64,000 bases of DNA from Acidobacteriota bacterium. Its GTDB lineage: Bacteria; Acidobacteriota; UBA4820; DSQY01. The notes beneath the pieces were generated by a model. It saw only the letters and a list, made by a program, of their open reading frames with translations, was not told where the DNA came from and did no database searches. Position numbers and translations under genes: made by a program. The first letter of the stretch is position 1. Each line of letters opens with the position of its first letter. The stretch is taken from assembly GCA_021787565.1 (NCBI GenBank), contig JAJYLT010000007.1, forward strand, positions 19,227 through 83,226, written 5' to 3'. Shown piece by piece: positions 8,710-17,723 of this stretch.

Positions 8710-10146
8710 CTATCGTGACTTTCTCCGTCCCGAAGATGGAATGTTCAGCTCCTCCCGGTACTTGGCCACGGTCCGGCGGGCCAGCAGGATGCCCTCCCTC
8801 TTGAGCAGGTCGGCCAGCACCTGATCGCTCAAGGGGTGCCTCGGGTCCTCCACGTCCACAAGGCTTTTCAGCCGCTCCTTCACGCGCATGGCGGAGACGT
8901 CGCCGCCGTCCATGGTGCCGATGCCGGTGTTAAAGAAGTACTTCATGGGGAGGATGCCCCGCGGCGTCTGCATGTACTTGTTGGACACCACCCGGCTCAC
9001 GGTGGACTCATGAACCCCCACCCTCTCGGCCACATCCCGGAGGATCAAGGGGCGCATGTGGGCGCGGCCCTTGTCGAGGAAATCCCGCTGGAACTCCACG
9101 ATCTGGGTGGCCACCTTGTAGATGGTGCGCTGGCGTTCCTCCAGGCTCTTGAGGAACCACAGGGCCGAACGCATCTTCTCCTTCAGGTAGGTGAGGGTCT
9201 CCTGGCTCTCCTCGGCCGATCCCTCCTCCGCCATGGAGCGGTAACGGTTGCTGATGCGGAGGTGGGGCATGCCGTCCTCGTTCAGCAGGACGCGGTAGCC
9301 GTCGCCCTCCTTCTCGACGACCACCTCGGGCACGATCGTGGGGTTCACGGGGTTGTTGTAGCGCAGGCCCGGCTTGGGGTCGAGGTGGCGGATGAGGTCC
9401 AGCGCCTCCTCCAGGCGATCCTCCGTGACGCCCAGCCGGGAGGCGAGCTGGGCGGGCCTCTCCCGCTCCAGGAGGGGCAGGAATTCCTCGACGATCCGCA
9501 GGGCCAGTTCGTCGGGCTCCTCAAGCGCCATGAGCTGGATCCTCAGGCACTCTTTCAGGTCCCGGGCTGCCACGCCGACGGGGTCCATGTGCTGGACCAC
9601 CCGCAGCACCGACTCCGCGTCTTCAGGAGTCGCGCCCGTGGCGGCGCAGACGTCCTCCAGACTCACCATGAGGTAGCCGTCCTCCCGGAGGTTCCCCGTG
9701 ATGACCTGGGCCACCTCCCGCTCAGTGGGGGAGAGACGGCTCAGGCTCACCTGCCATTCCAGGTGTTCGGCGAGGCTCTCGGGGGCGCTCAGGTAGCGCT
9801 CCGTGTCCGGGGCCTCCTCCGGGCTTTCCCGCTGGGTACCGCGGTACTTCAGGCTGGTCTCGAGGTAGTCCTGGAAGTAGGACTCGACGTCGATCTTCTC
9901 CTCGTACTTGTCCATGGGGTTCTCCTCCGCCGTCTCGCGGAGGGCCGCCTCCTCCTCAGATGGGGCGGAGACGGGCTCTTCGATGGTGGTGGCATCCTCC
10001 AGGACCGGGTTGATCTGGAGTTCCTGGCTCACCTCCTGGACGAGTTCGAGCCGGGTCAACTGCAGCAGGCGGATGGCTTGCTGGAGCGTCGGCGTGAGGA
10101 CCATTTTCTGCTGAAGTTTCAGGGAGAGCTTCTGCTGCAGACTCAT
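8710..10146 (-). CDS. rpoN: RNA polymerase sigma-54 factor
   Basis: LTPTLQQAIRLLQL, HESTVSRVVSNKY, RpoN box ARRTVAKYRE. Confidence 0.97.
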   Translation of the reverse strand: MSLQQKLSLKLQQKMVLTPTLQQAIRLLQLTRLELVQEVSQELQINPVLEDATTIEEPVSAPSEEEAALRETAEENPMDKYEEKIDVESYFQDYLETSLKYRGTQRESPEEAPDTERYLSAPESLAEHLEWQVSLSRLSPTEREVAQVITGNLREDGYLMVSLEDVCAATGATPEDAESVLRVVQHMDPVGVAARDLKECLRIQLMALEEPDELALRIVEEFLPLLERERPAQLASRLGVTEDRLEEALDLIRHLDPKPGLRYNNPVNPTIVPEVVVEKEGDGYRVLLNEDGMPHLRISNRYRSMAEEGSAEESQETLTYLKEKMRSALWFLKSLEERQRTIYKVATQIVEFQRDFLDKGRAHMRPLILRDVAERVGVHESTVSRVVSNKYMQTPRGILPMKYFFNTGIGTMDGGDVSAMRVKERLKSLVDVEDPRHPLSDQVLADLLKREGILLARRTVAKYREELNIPSSGRRKSR

Positions 10147-10314
10147 CGGTGGACTTCCATTCGAATGCGTGCCAGCGCTGGTTGATGATCTCGTGGGGCC
10201 CCCGCGCGGGACCCATCCTCCCCGTCGGCTCTCATCGGCGGAACACCACCCCTCCGGACGGCGACCGAAAGCCCATCCACCGCCGGCAGGGCCCTCATCC
10301 CTCCTCCGGAGAGG

Positions 10315-11124
10315 TCAGTCCAAGCTGAATGCTTCACCCAAGTAGACCCTCCGGACCTCCGGGTCCTCGGCCAGTTCTCCGGGAGAACCGTGACGGAAAA
10401 TGGAACCATGACTAATGATATAGGCCTCATCCGTGATTTTCAACGTTTCCCGGACGTTGTGATCGGACACCACGACGCCGATGCCCCGCTCCTTCAGGTG
10501 GAGGATGATGCCCTGGATGTCGGCCACGGCGATGGGGTCGATGCCGGCGAAGGGCTCGTCCAGGAGGAAGAAGCGAGGAGACAGAACCAGTGCCCTCGCG
10601 ATCTCCACCCTCCGGCGTTCACCCCCCGAAAGGGTGTACGCCCTAGCGGTGGCGAGCCTGCGGATGTTGAGCTCCTCCAGCGCCGCTTCGGCGCGCGATA
10701 CCCGCTCGCTGGCGGAAAGCCCCGCGAACTCCAGGATGGCCATGAGGTTCTCCTCCACCGTCATCTTGCGGAAGATGGAGGGTTCCTGGGGAAGGTAGGC
10801 GATACCTGTCCGGGCTCGAAGGAACATGGGGGTGGAGGTGATGTCCTGCCCGTTTAAAAGAATGGATCCCGACGTGGGGGGCACCAAGCCCACCACCATG
10901 TAGAAGGTCGTGGTCTTGCCCGCCCCGTTGGGCCCCAGTAGCCCGACCACCCGGCCGGACCGGAAGCGGAGGTCTACACCGCACACCACCTCCTTGCGGC
11001 CGTAAGACTTCCGCAGTCCGCGCGTGGAGAGTTCGTGGGAATCTTCAATAGCGGGGGCGGGCCGGGCATCGGCGACGGCGCCTTCGACGTCCTTGGCGGG
11101 TTGCTGCTGCCGCCGGGCGCTCAT
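10315..11124 (-). CDS. lptB: LPS export ABC transporter ATP-binding protein
   Basis: GLLGPNGAGKTT, YLPQEPSIFR, LSGGERRRVEIARAL, LLDEPFAGIDP, DHNVRETL. Confidence 0.95.
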   Translation of the reverse strand: MSARRQQQPAKDVEGAVADARPAPAIEDSHELSTRGLRKSYGRKEVVCGVDLRFRSGRVVGLLGPNGAGKTTTFYMVVGLVPPTSGSILLNGQDITSTPMFLRARTGIAYLPQEPSIFRKMTVEENLMAILEFAGLSASERVSRAEAALEELNIRRLATARAYTLSGGERRRVEIARALVLSPRFFLLDEPFAGIDPIAVADIQGIILHLKERGIGVVVSDHNVRETLKITDEAYIISHGSIFRHGSPGELAEDPEVRRVYLGEAFSLD

Positions 11125-12947
11125 GGGCGTTTCCCCTTTGCGGGTTGCGGCGGCGGGCCCTTGGGAGGCTGCACGCCCTCCAGGGTTCCCCGGACCATGG
11201 CGGAGGCTCCCCTCGACACCTCCAGGCGCTTGGGTCCGAAGAGGACCGCCGGCCCCTCCACCCGCCGAAAGGGCTTCTTCTGCACGACGACGGCGTTTCG
11301 GTTCGGCCCGAAGGCCTCTCCGACGCGCGTGGCGGGATCGTAGCTCAATCGTTCACCCTCACCCGAATAGTCGGTTCCATCGAAGTGGCAGTTCCCGCTT
11401 CCCTCGTACCGGATCGGCCGGTTCTGGGCGTCCAGAAGAGCCGTGACCTGATTCCCCGTGAGCGTGTAGCCCCGGCCGGTCACCTTGGCCTCCCCTTCCG
11501 CCCGGGCGCGGTGCCGGGTCCCATCATACCTCAGGGTTTGGGAGGTGACCGTGTCCAGTCCTCCCGCCGCCTCCTTCCATCGCCCCGTGGCGCCGCCCTC
11601 GGCCACGGCGTCCTGGGCGTCCTGCACGGTCACCGAGGGGGCTTCGATGGTCATTCCTCCCCGCACGAGAACGGCCTTCCCCTCTAGCTTGGCGGGGTAG
11701 CCGGTGGGGCCCGCCTCGGCTCGCAGGGCGGTGAAGGTGAGGTCCGGTGCCCCCGGCGTCTTTCGCAGGCCGTGCACGTCCCCCTCGCTCAGCGTCGAGC
11801 CGTCGGCGCGGCGGGTGATTCGGTCCGCGGTCAAGGTATCGCCGGCCCGGTCCACTCTCGCGTGTCCCGTCAGCGTCCACGCCTCCGCCGTCAGCTCAGC
11901 CGCTTCCCCCGAGAAGGTGCCGCGGGGGTCTTTCCCGTTCACGGGCCCCGTGAGCCGGGCGGTCCAGGAGCCTTTGTCGGGAAGGGTGCCCCTGCCGGAG
12001 GGGGCCGTCACGAGGGCCCCCTCACGGTCGACCTCGAGGGGATCGGGGGCGCTCCAGTCCCAACCGACCTCGGGATGCGGCGTGAAATCCACCAGGCGCG
12101 TGTGAAGCGTACTGGCGGGAGGACCGGGCGTGGAGATCTCCGCCTCCTCCTGGAGGTGGATGGCCGTAATCTGGCCGTCCTTTCCGAGGTCCGCCTGGAG
12201 GGTGCGCGCGGTGAAGGAGGCCTTTAGGCCCTGGCCCACGCAGGGCGTGCCCAGAACAACCCCCTTGAGGCGGTTGTCGGACCCCAGCAGGAGCGTGCCC
12301 TGGGGCGCCCTCACGACGCCCTGCTTCCCCGTGAGCACCACGGGGCCGCTCAGGTGGCCCGTGTGCGTTTTAAAATCGGCCTGCACGCGCTGGCAGGCCA
12401 TGGTGGATTCCCCCTGACGAAAGCGGACGCTCCCCTCCAGGTTGGCCATCTGGCTGTCGCGGTTGTAGCGGAGCAGCTCGGCGCTGCCGGATAGGGCCCC
12501 GCGCGTGATCCGCACGGGCCCCTCGGAAACCATCTCCCCTTCCGGCGTTACCCGGAAGGCCGAGGAGGCCGCCTCCCACCCCCCCGCGTGGTCCAGCCTG
12601 GCGTCGTCCCAGATCCGACAGGTCTTCGCCGCCGGGTCGAAGCTCCCCTTCCGGCCGGTGGCCTTCCCCTGCCCGGGGAAGACGATCACGGGATCCTCCA
12701 GCAACTTGCCGCCGTCCTTGGCTTCGGTGACCCGCTTGGCGGTGAGGTCGTAGGCCACGCTACTCCCGTTTTCCTCGACGAAGCGGAATCCGGTGGCGCT
12801 GATGCTGCCCTCGACGCCCCGGCCGCCCTCGGGCGGCGGCGCGGGCGCCGGCATCTCCTGCTGGGGTTTGAACTTGAGGACGAGGACCAGGAGGAAGAGG
12901 ACGAACAGGGCTCCGAGGATGCCCTGGACCAGCTTGCGCCTACCCAC
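11121..12947 (-). CDS. Long LptC/LptA (OstA-like) beta-jellyroll protein with N-terminal membrane anchor
   Basis: N-terminal TM helix; repeated A-x-L-x-G-x-V / L-x-A-D-x-I beta motifs; overlaps the lptB start. Confidence 0.7.
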   Translation of the reverse strand: MGRRKLVQGILGALFVLFLLVLVLKFKPQQEMPAPAPPPEGGRGVEGSISATGFRFVEENGSSVAYDLTAKRVTEAKDGGKLLEDPVIVFPGQGKATGRKGSFDPAAKTCRIWDDARLDHAGGWEAASSAFRVTPEGEMVSEGPVRITRGALSGSAELLRYNRDSQMANLEGSVRFRQGESTMACQRVQADFKTHTGHLSGPVVLTGKQGVVRAPQGTLLLGSDNRLKGVVLGTPCVGQGLKASFTARTLQADLGKDGQITAIHLQEEAEISTPGPPASTLHTRLVDFTPHPEVGWDWSAPDPLEVDREGALVTAPSGRGTLPDKGSWTARLTGPVNGKDPRGTFSGEAAELTAEAWTLTGHARVDRAGDTLTADRITRRADGSTLSEGDVHGLRKTPGAPDLTFTALRAEAGPTGYPAKLEGKAVLVRGGMTIEAPSVTVQDAQDAVAEGGATGRWKEAAGGLDTVTSQTLRYDGTRHRARAEGEAKVTGRGYTLTGNQVTALLDAQNRPIRYEGSGNCHFDGTDYSGEGERLSYDPATRVGEAFGPNRNAVVVQKKPFRRVEGPAVLFGPKRLEVSRGASAMVRGTLEGVQPPKGPPPQPAKGKRP

Positions 12948-13058
12948 GGGCCTCCTCCCTCCGGAGGAAAGAACCGAAGGGGGAACGCCAACCGTGGAAA
13001 GGGGCGCGGCGTCTTGCTCGTGAGCGATTCACCCTTGCAATTCTCCTCTCCGGACTGT

Positions 13059-13087
13059 AGCATAGACGCGGCTCGGCACGTAGTCAA
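13059..13087 (-). promoter_or_regulatory. Sigma70-like promoter for the lpt-rpoN-PTS operon
   Basis: TTGACT-N17-TATGCT on the minus strand. Confidence 0.55.
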
Positions 13088-13253
13088 CGAAGGGGCGCAG
13101 TGGCGGTCATGGGCCGGGCAACGACCTTCGGTGGGCGGGGGTGGCTGGCCCCAGGCCCGCGGGTCGTCACGAAGGGACAGAGGTGGCGTCCGGGCCTCGG
13201 TTCGAAGCGGCTGCTCGCACGGATTTCGGCGGAGGACCTGAAGGAGGAAGTCT

Positions 13254-14831
13254 ATGGAAACCGTCACCCAGAACATGGTGGGGTTCCTCGGAGCAGGGGC
13301 AGCCTGGGTCGTAAAGTTCTTTCTGGCCATCCTGATCCTCATCCTGGGGTGGTTTATCTCCAAGATCGTTGCCCGGATCGTACGACAGATCCTGATCACC
13401 GAAGATTTTGACCAGCGGCTGGGCCGGATGCTGGGCCTGGATGCCCTCGCGGAGGCCGGCGACCGACCCAAGCGGCGGTTGGCCTCGGTAGTGGAGACGG
13501 TGGTCTACTACATCCTCCTTCTGATCGTGGTGATCATCGCCCTCGAGGTACTGGGGGATCAGGCCATCCGCTCGGTCCTTCAGGAGAATATCCTCGGCAA
13601 GCTGACGCTCGCCATCCCCAAGATCCTCAAGGCCACCCTCGTGTTGGTGGGCGGCTGGATCGTCGCGCTCGTGGCGAAATTCCTGGTCATGAAGGGGATG
13701 CGCAAGCTGGAGCTGGGAGAGAGGCTGGATAAGGCGCTCGCCGTGGAGGGGGAGCCGGAAAAGAGCGAGAAACGCGACGTCACTGAGTCCTTCGGCAACT
13801 TCGTCTTCTACTTCATCATCATGTTCTCGCTCCTCGCGTTCCTCGAGAGCCTCGATCTGGAGGCCCTCGTGGATCCCCTCAAGGGGATGTTCACGAAGGT
13901 CTTCGCCTACGTCCCGAACCTGCTCTCGGGCGGGGTGGTGCTGGTGCTGGGCTACTTCCTGGCCCGGCTGGCCGAACGGATCACCACCAATTTCGCGCTG
14001 GCCGCGGGGGTCAACCGGTTCGTGGAGGGGATGCGCTTCGAGACGGTCCTGAAATCCCTCAACATCGCCCGAATCCTCGGCACCATGGTCTTTCTGGTGA
14101 TCATGGTCCCCGTCCTCGGCGCGACCTTCAACATCCTGGACCTGCCCGTCATCACGGGCGCCTTCGGCACCATGATGAACGGGGTCGCCGCGTCGGTGCC
14201 GGGGATCCTGGCGGCCTTTATCCTGATGATCATCGGCCTCATCGCCGGCCGCTACCTGGGGGATTTCGTCGCCCAGATCCTCCAGGACGTGGGATTCGAC
14301 GTGCTCCTGAGCCGCCTGGGGCTGGAGCGCCTGGAGGGGAGGGCCGATGACTCCGGCCGGCCCACCTACTCTCTCTCCCGCGTCGGTGGCAACATCGTCA
14401 TGGCCGTGGTCGTTCTGGTTTTCCTGATGGAGGGGTTCCGGCTGATGCACCTCCCCCTCATCGCCGACGCCGTGGACCGCCTCATCCTGTACCTGCCCAA
14501 CGTCCTGGTGGCCTTCGTCGTGCTCGGGCTGGGCTTCTACCTGGCCAGGGTGGTCGGAGAGATGGCCCAGCGCGGATTCGCCAGCGACAGGAGCTTCGAG
14601 GGCGATATCGTGGGCCTCGTCATCCGCTACGCCATCATCGTCTTCGCCTTCTTCATGGCCTTCGACCAGCTCAAGATCGCCCACTCCATCGTCGTCAATG
14701 CCTTCACCATTCTGCTGGGCACCGTCGGACTGGGACTGGCCCTGGCCTTCGGCCTCGGAGCCAAGGATCACGCCGGAGAGTACATCGAGAGCCTGAAGAA
14801 GCGAAAACCGAGCAAGCGCAAGGAGAACTAG
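13254..14831 (+). CDS. Membrane protein with repeated conserved TM-helix modules (MscS N-terminal / CmpX-like)
   Basis: About five P(K/N/G)-I/L-L..A..I-L..G..(I/L)A repeats; C-terminal AFGLGAKD; strong RBS. Confidence 0.75.
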   Translation: METVTQNMVGFLGAGAAWVVKFFLAILILILGWFISKIVARIVRQILITEDFDQRLGRMLGLDALAEAGDRPKRRLASVVETVVYYILLLIVVIIALEVLGDQAIRSVLQENILGKLTLAIPKILKATLVLVGGWIVALVAKFLVMKGMRKLELGERLDKALAVEGEPEKSEKRDVTESFGNFVFYFIIMFSLLAFLESLDLEALVDPLKGMFTKVFAYVPNLLSGGVVLVLGYFLARLAERITTNFALAAGVNRFVEGMRFETVLKSLNIARILGTMVFLVIMVPVLGATFNILDLPVITGAFGTMMNGVAASVPGILAAFILMIIGLIAGRYLGDFVAQILQDVGFDVLLSRLGLERLEGRADDSGRPTYSLSRVGGNIVMAVVVLVFLMEGFRLMHLPLIADAVDRLILYLPNVLVAFVVLGLGFYLARVVGEMAQRGFASDRSFEGDIVGLVIRYAIIVFAFFMAFDQLKIAHSIVVNAFTILLGTVGLGLALAFGLGAKDHAGEYIESLKKRKPSKRKEN

Positions 14832-14842
14832 GCGCAGCGCCC

Positions 14843-14871
14843 TTGACCGGAAGGGCGGGATTGGGTACACT
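14843..14871 (+). promoter_or_regulatory. Sigma70 promoter of tRNA-Asn
   Basis: TTGACC-N17-TACACT, 14 nt before the tRNA. Confidence 0.7.
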
Positions 14872-14885
14872 TGGCTCCGCTCTGC

Positions 14886-14962
14886 TCCCCGGTAGCTCAG
14901 CTGGTCAGAGCGGGTGACTGTTAATCACTAGGTCGGGGGTTCAAATCCCTCCCGGGGAGCCA
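14886..14962 (+). tRNA. tRNA-Asn (GTT)
   Basis: Acceptor stem TCCCCGG/CCGGGGA, D arm TAGCTCAGCTGGTCAGAGC, anticodon loop CTGTTAA, T loop GGTTCAAATCC, encoded CCA. Confidence 0.97.
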
Positions 14963-14982
14963 ATAAAATCAAGAACTTACGG

Positions 14983-15003
14983 GGCCGCCTTCGGGCGGCC
15001 TTT
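14983..15003 (+). terminator. Intrinsic terminator after tRNA-Asn
   Basis: GGCCGCC-TTCG-GGCGGCC followed by TTT. Confidence 0.75.
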
Positions 15004-15250
15004 CCGTTGCGTCCAGAGACGTCACATCCGGAGCGAGAAGAAACGGGGCCGTGGGCTTCGAAGTGGGAAGGTCCGGGTGGTGGGGCGGACTTGGGCGCCC
15101 CGTATTGGACAGGCATGGGGCGTCAAGTACTAGGGAGGGATCGGTGATGGCGCTGACGGGTGGGCCGGAAGCGCGGGACAGCGCCAACGTGAAGGACTGG
15201 CCCGCACCCCGATGAAATAGGGCCGAGGGCCCTGCGTGCGACGAGAAGTC

Positions 15251-15643
15251 CTATTTCTGCCTCGTCGTGTCGGGGTTCTCCTTGCTCAATTTCCTCAGGT
15301 CCCCTCTCCAGATATGCCCCTTCATGGGGTTGTCGGCCGGGCCGTTGAGGGTCTGCCAACTGTGGGTCGCTTGGTTGTAGGTGATCAGAAACAGTTGGTT
15401 GTTGAACTCCACGGTCTTCCCGTCGTAGGGCACCTGGAAGCTGGCGGTCACCTGGTAGGAGTCGCCGGCCTGCGAGCGCTGGATGCTCGTGATGGTGAGG
15501 TTGCGGACGGAATAGCCCTTCAAACACTCGCGAAGACAGCGTTCCGCCTGGGTCGTCCCGAAGCTCTTGTCGGAGCAGGCGGCCAGCGCGGTCAGCAGCG
15601 CCAGTGCCACCACCACGAGAAGCCTTGTGCATCGTGTGTTCAT
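15251..15643 (-). CDS. Hypothetical lipoprotein
   Basis: Signal peptide with lipobox LAAC; GGAGG RBS; no family recognised. Confidence 0.7.
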   Translation of the reverse strand: MNTRCTRLLVVVALALLTALAACSDKSFGTTQAERCLRECLKGYSVRNLTITSIQRSQAGDSYQVTASFQVPYDGKTVEFNNQLFLITYNQATHSWQTLNGPADNPMKGHIWRGDLRKLSKENPDTTRQK

Positions 15644-15949
15644 GGACCCTCCTCCCTGGGAACTGCCCGCCGGACCTTATCCGCGGCGGTTGCCGCGCTT
15701 TCGGGCGGCCATCCCGCGTCTGCACCTACCCGCGCAAGCATACGTCACGAAGGCCCGCCGTCCAAGATGGGCTCACCCCCCCGCGGACCAGAGCTTTGCA
15801 GAGGGCTCTCTCTCAGCGTTTCGTGAGGCGCGTGGCCGGGCCAGGAGCAGCAGGAGCCCGGACCGCCGGAGACATCCTCCTGCGAATGGACCGGATGAAT
15901 GATTGGCCAGGATCGCGCGAGGCCTTTCCCAGGGGGGGCCCGCGGAGGC

Positions 15950-17002
15950 TCACACGGCGATCCTGGCTTCGGCCATCCGTGGGAAGGGGTAGACCTCGTG
16001 GATATCCTTGAGGCCAAGGATGGCGTAGGTGAGCCGCTCGATGCCGAACCCTGCGCCGGAACACGTGATGGCGCCGTGGCCCTGGTCGAGGGAGGCGAAG
16101 AGCTCGAAGAACGGCGCGAAGTAGGCCATGGGATAGCGCAAGTCGCGCATCCGCCGCTCCAGGTCAACGAGAGAGCGCGTACGCTCGGCCCCCGAGAGGC
16201 ACTCCACGGGATGGGGGTTCTCGCCGGAAGGCGGCACCACCACGTCGTAATTCAGGAAGCGTCCCCGTTCGGCGTCGAAGCAGTCGTACGCTTCCCGCCT
16301 GAGGTTCACCAGAAGGAATGGGCGTCCTCCCGTCTGTGATGAGGCCCACCGCTCCACGGCGTCGTCGTCGCGCAGTCCGCGGGCCGCTTTGGCCTCCTCC
16401 GCGTCGAACAGGGGCAGGGGAGAGGCGATCTCGGGAAGCGGCGCTCCCCTCAGGCGAGAGACGACCTCCCCGCAGCGGTCCGAGAGGTGGGCGTACAGCC
16501 TCGCCACGAGGTCCGATACCAGGGCCAGGACCTGTTCGTAGGTGCCGCCGCGCTGCTCGAAGTCCACCTGCATGAACTCGGAGGCGTACTTGTATTCGCG
16601 GCGGTTGATCCGCATCTCCAGCCGGATGTTCGGCGAGGCCCAGAAGACTTTGCCGGCGGGCGAGAGCATCACCATGAGCATCTTCTGGAGGATGAGGGAC
16701 TGGGTGACGGAGACTTCCTCCCCGTAATAGTTGAGCCGCGCCGGATAGGTCCAGTGGTTCAGGGGGTCCGTACAGCCGGAGAGCATGGCCACGGGGGGGT
16801 GAACGAACCCCATCTCGGCCAGGGCGTTGCAGAGAAACTGTTGGATGGCGGTCCGGACGGTGAGGACATCCAATAGCCTGGGATTGCTCAGGGCGCGCCT
16901 CGCCTGCTCCAGAGCGGCGAGGACCGAGGGATCCTGAAGGTTGACGGGTTCGATCCGCTGGATTCCGAGGGTGAGGGGCAGGTCTTCCTCTCGCATGGCC
17001 AT
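15950..17002 (-). CDS. Archaeal-type asparagine synthetase A (AsnRS2 / AS-AR, class II aaRS catalytic-domain paralog)
   Basis: LSGCTDPL, YYG...TQSLILQK, SPNIRLE, EFMQVDFE, NYD, ECLSGAER, SGAGFGIERL, PFPR; no anticodon-binding OB fold. Confidence 0.85.
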   Translation of the reverse strand: MAMREEDLPLTLGIQRIEPVNLQDPSVLAALEQARRALSNPRLLDVLTVRTAIQQFLCNALAEMGFVHPPVAMLSGCTDPLNHWTYPARLNYYGEEVSVTQSLILQKMLMVMLSPAGKVFWASPNIRLEMRINRREYKYASEFMQVDFEQRGGTYEQVLALVSDLVARLYAHLSDRCGEVVSRLRGAPLPEIASPLPLFDAEEAKAARGLRDDDAVERWASSQTGGRPFLLVNLRREAYDCFDAERGRFLNYDVVVPPSGENPHPVECLSGAERTRSLVDLERRMRDLRYPMAYFAPFFELFASLDQGHGAITCSGAGFGIERLTYAILGLKDIHEVYPFPRMAEARIAV

Positions 17003-17057
17003 GGTGTCCTCCTTGTGCGTGGATGCCGCGGCGCACCGAAGACCCGCAGCCTCGTTC

Positions 17058-17175
17058 GCAATGATACTATGCTAGCACTAATGTAACTGAAATGCAATGA
17101 TGTTATCGATCATATTGTTTTGCTGATGAATAGATTGAAAGGCACTATATGATATAATATATTGATATTTCACTG
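17058..17175. promoter_or_regulatory. AT-rich divergent promoter region between the synthetase and the AsnC regulator
   Basis: The most AT-rich stretch seen in the window; TTGAAA (17135)-N17-TATATT (17158) faces the regulator. Confidence 0.65.
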
Positions 17176-17189
17176 TAGGAGTATGGGCC

Positions 17190-17645
17190 ATGGACTATGA
17201 AATCGATGACGTGGACCGGGCGATCTTGCGGGCCCTTCAAGCCGACGCGCGGACTCCATTCCTGGAGATCGCCAGAGCCCTGGGAGTCTCGGGGGGAACC
17301 ATCCACCTGAGGGTGGGCCGCATGAAGGAGGCGGGCCTTCTCAAGGGAACGCAAGTGGTCCTGGACCACGAAAAGCTGGGTTACGGCGTGTCGGCCTTCG
17401 TCGGGATCATCCTGTCCAAGGCCGGGGCCAGCGTCGAGACGCAGCAGCGTCTGCGGGCCATCCCCGAGATCGTGGAGGTCCACTACACGACGGGCACCTA
17501 CGGCCTTCTGGCGAAGGTGGTGGTCAGAACCATCCCCGACCTCTATGCTTTTCTCTCCGAAAAACTCCAGGCCATCGAGGAGATCCAGTCCACGGAGACC
17601 TTCGTCATCCTCCACAGCTCGGTGGGCCGCGATGTGAGCCTCTAA
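17190..17645 (+). CDS. asnC: Lrp/AsnC family transcriptional regulator
   Basis: IDDVDRAILRALQADARTPFLEIA..SGGTIHLRV..M, EVHYTTGTY, IQSTETFV; closely resembles AsnC proper. Confidence 0.88.
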   Translation: MDYEIDDVDRAILRALQADARTPFLEIARALGVSGGTIHLRVGRMKEAGLLKGTQVVLDHEKLGYGVSAFVGIILSKAGASVETQQRLRAIPEIVEVHYTTGTYGLLAKVVVRTIPDLYAFLSEKLQAIEEIQSTETFVILHSSVGRDVSL

Positions 17646-17723
17646 CCCCGTGACAACGGGGAGGGCAAGCGAATCGCTGGCCGAGCGCCTTCCCGTTCTG
17701 GGGTTGCACGCGGAGGCCGGAGG

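Noticed and set aside
15147-15215. 22-codon ORF MALTGGPEARDSANVKDWPAPR with a GGAGG-like RBS after the tRNA
   Set aside because: Too short, with no supporting motif or context.
14963-17002. Integrative element or prophage at tRNA-Asn
   Set aside because: No integrase, and I saw no duplicate of the tRNA 3' end in the window; only a short AT-rich tract follows the CCA.
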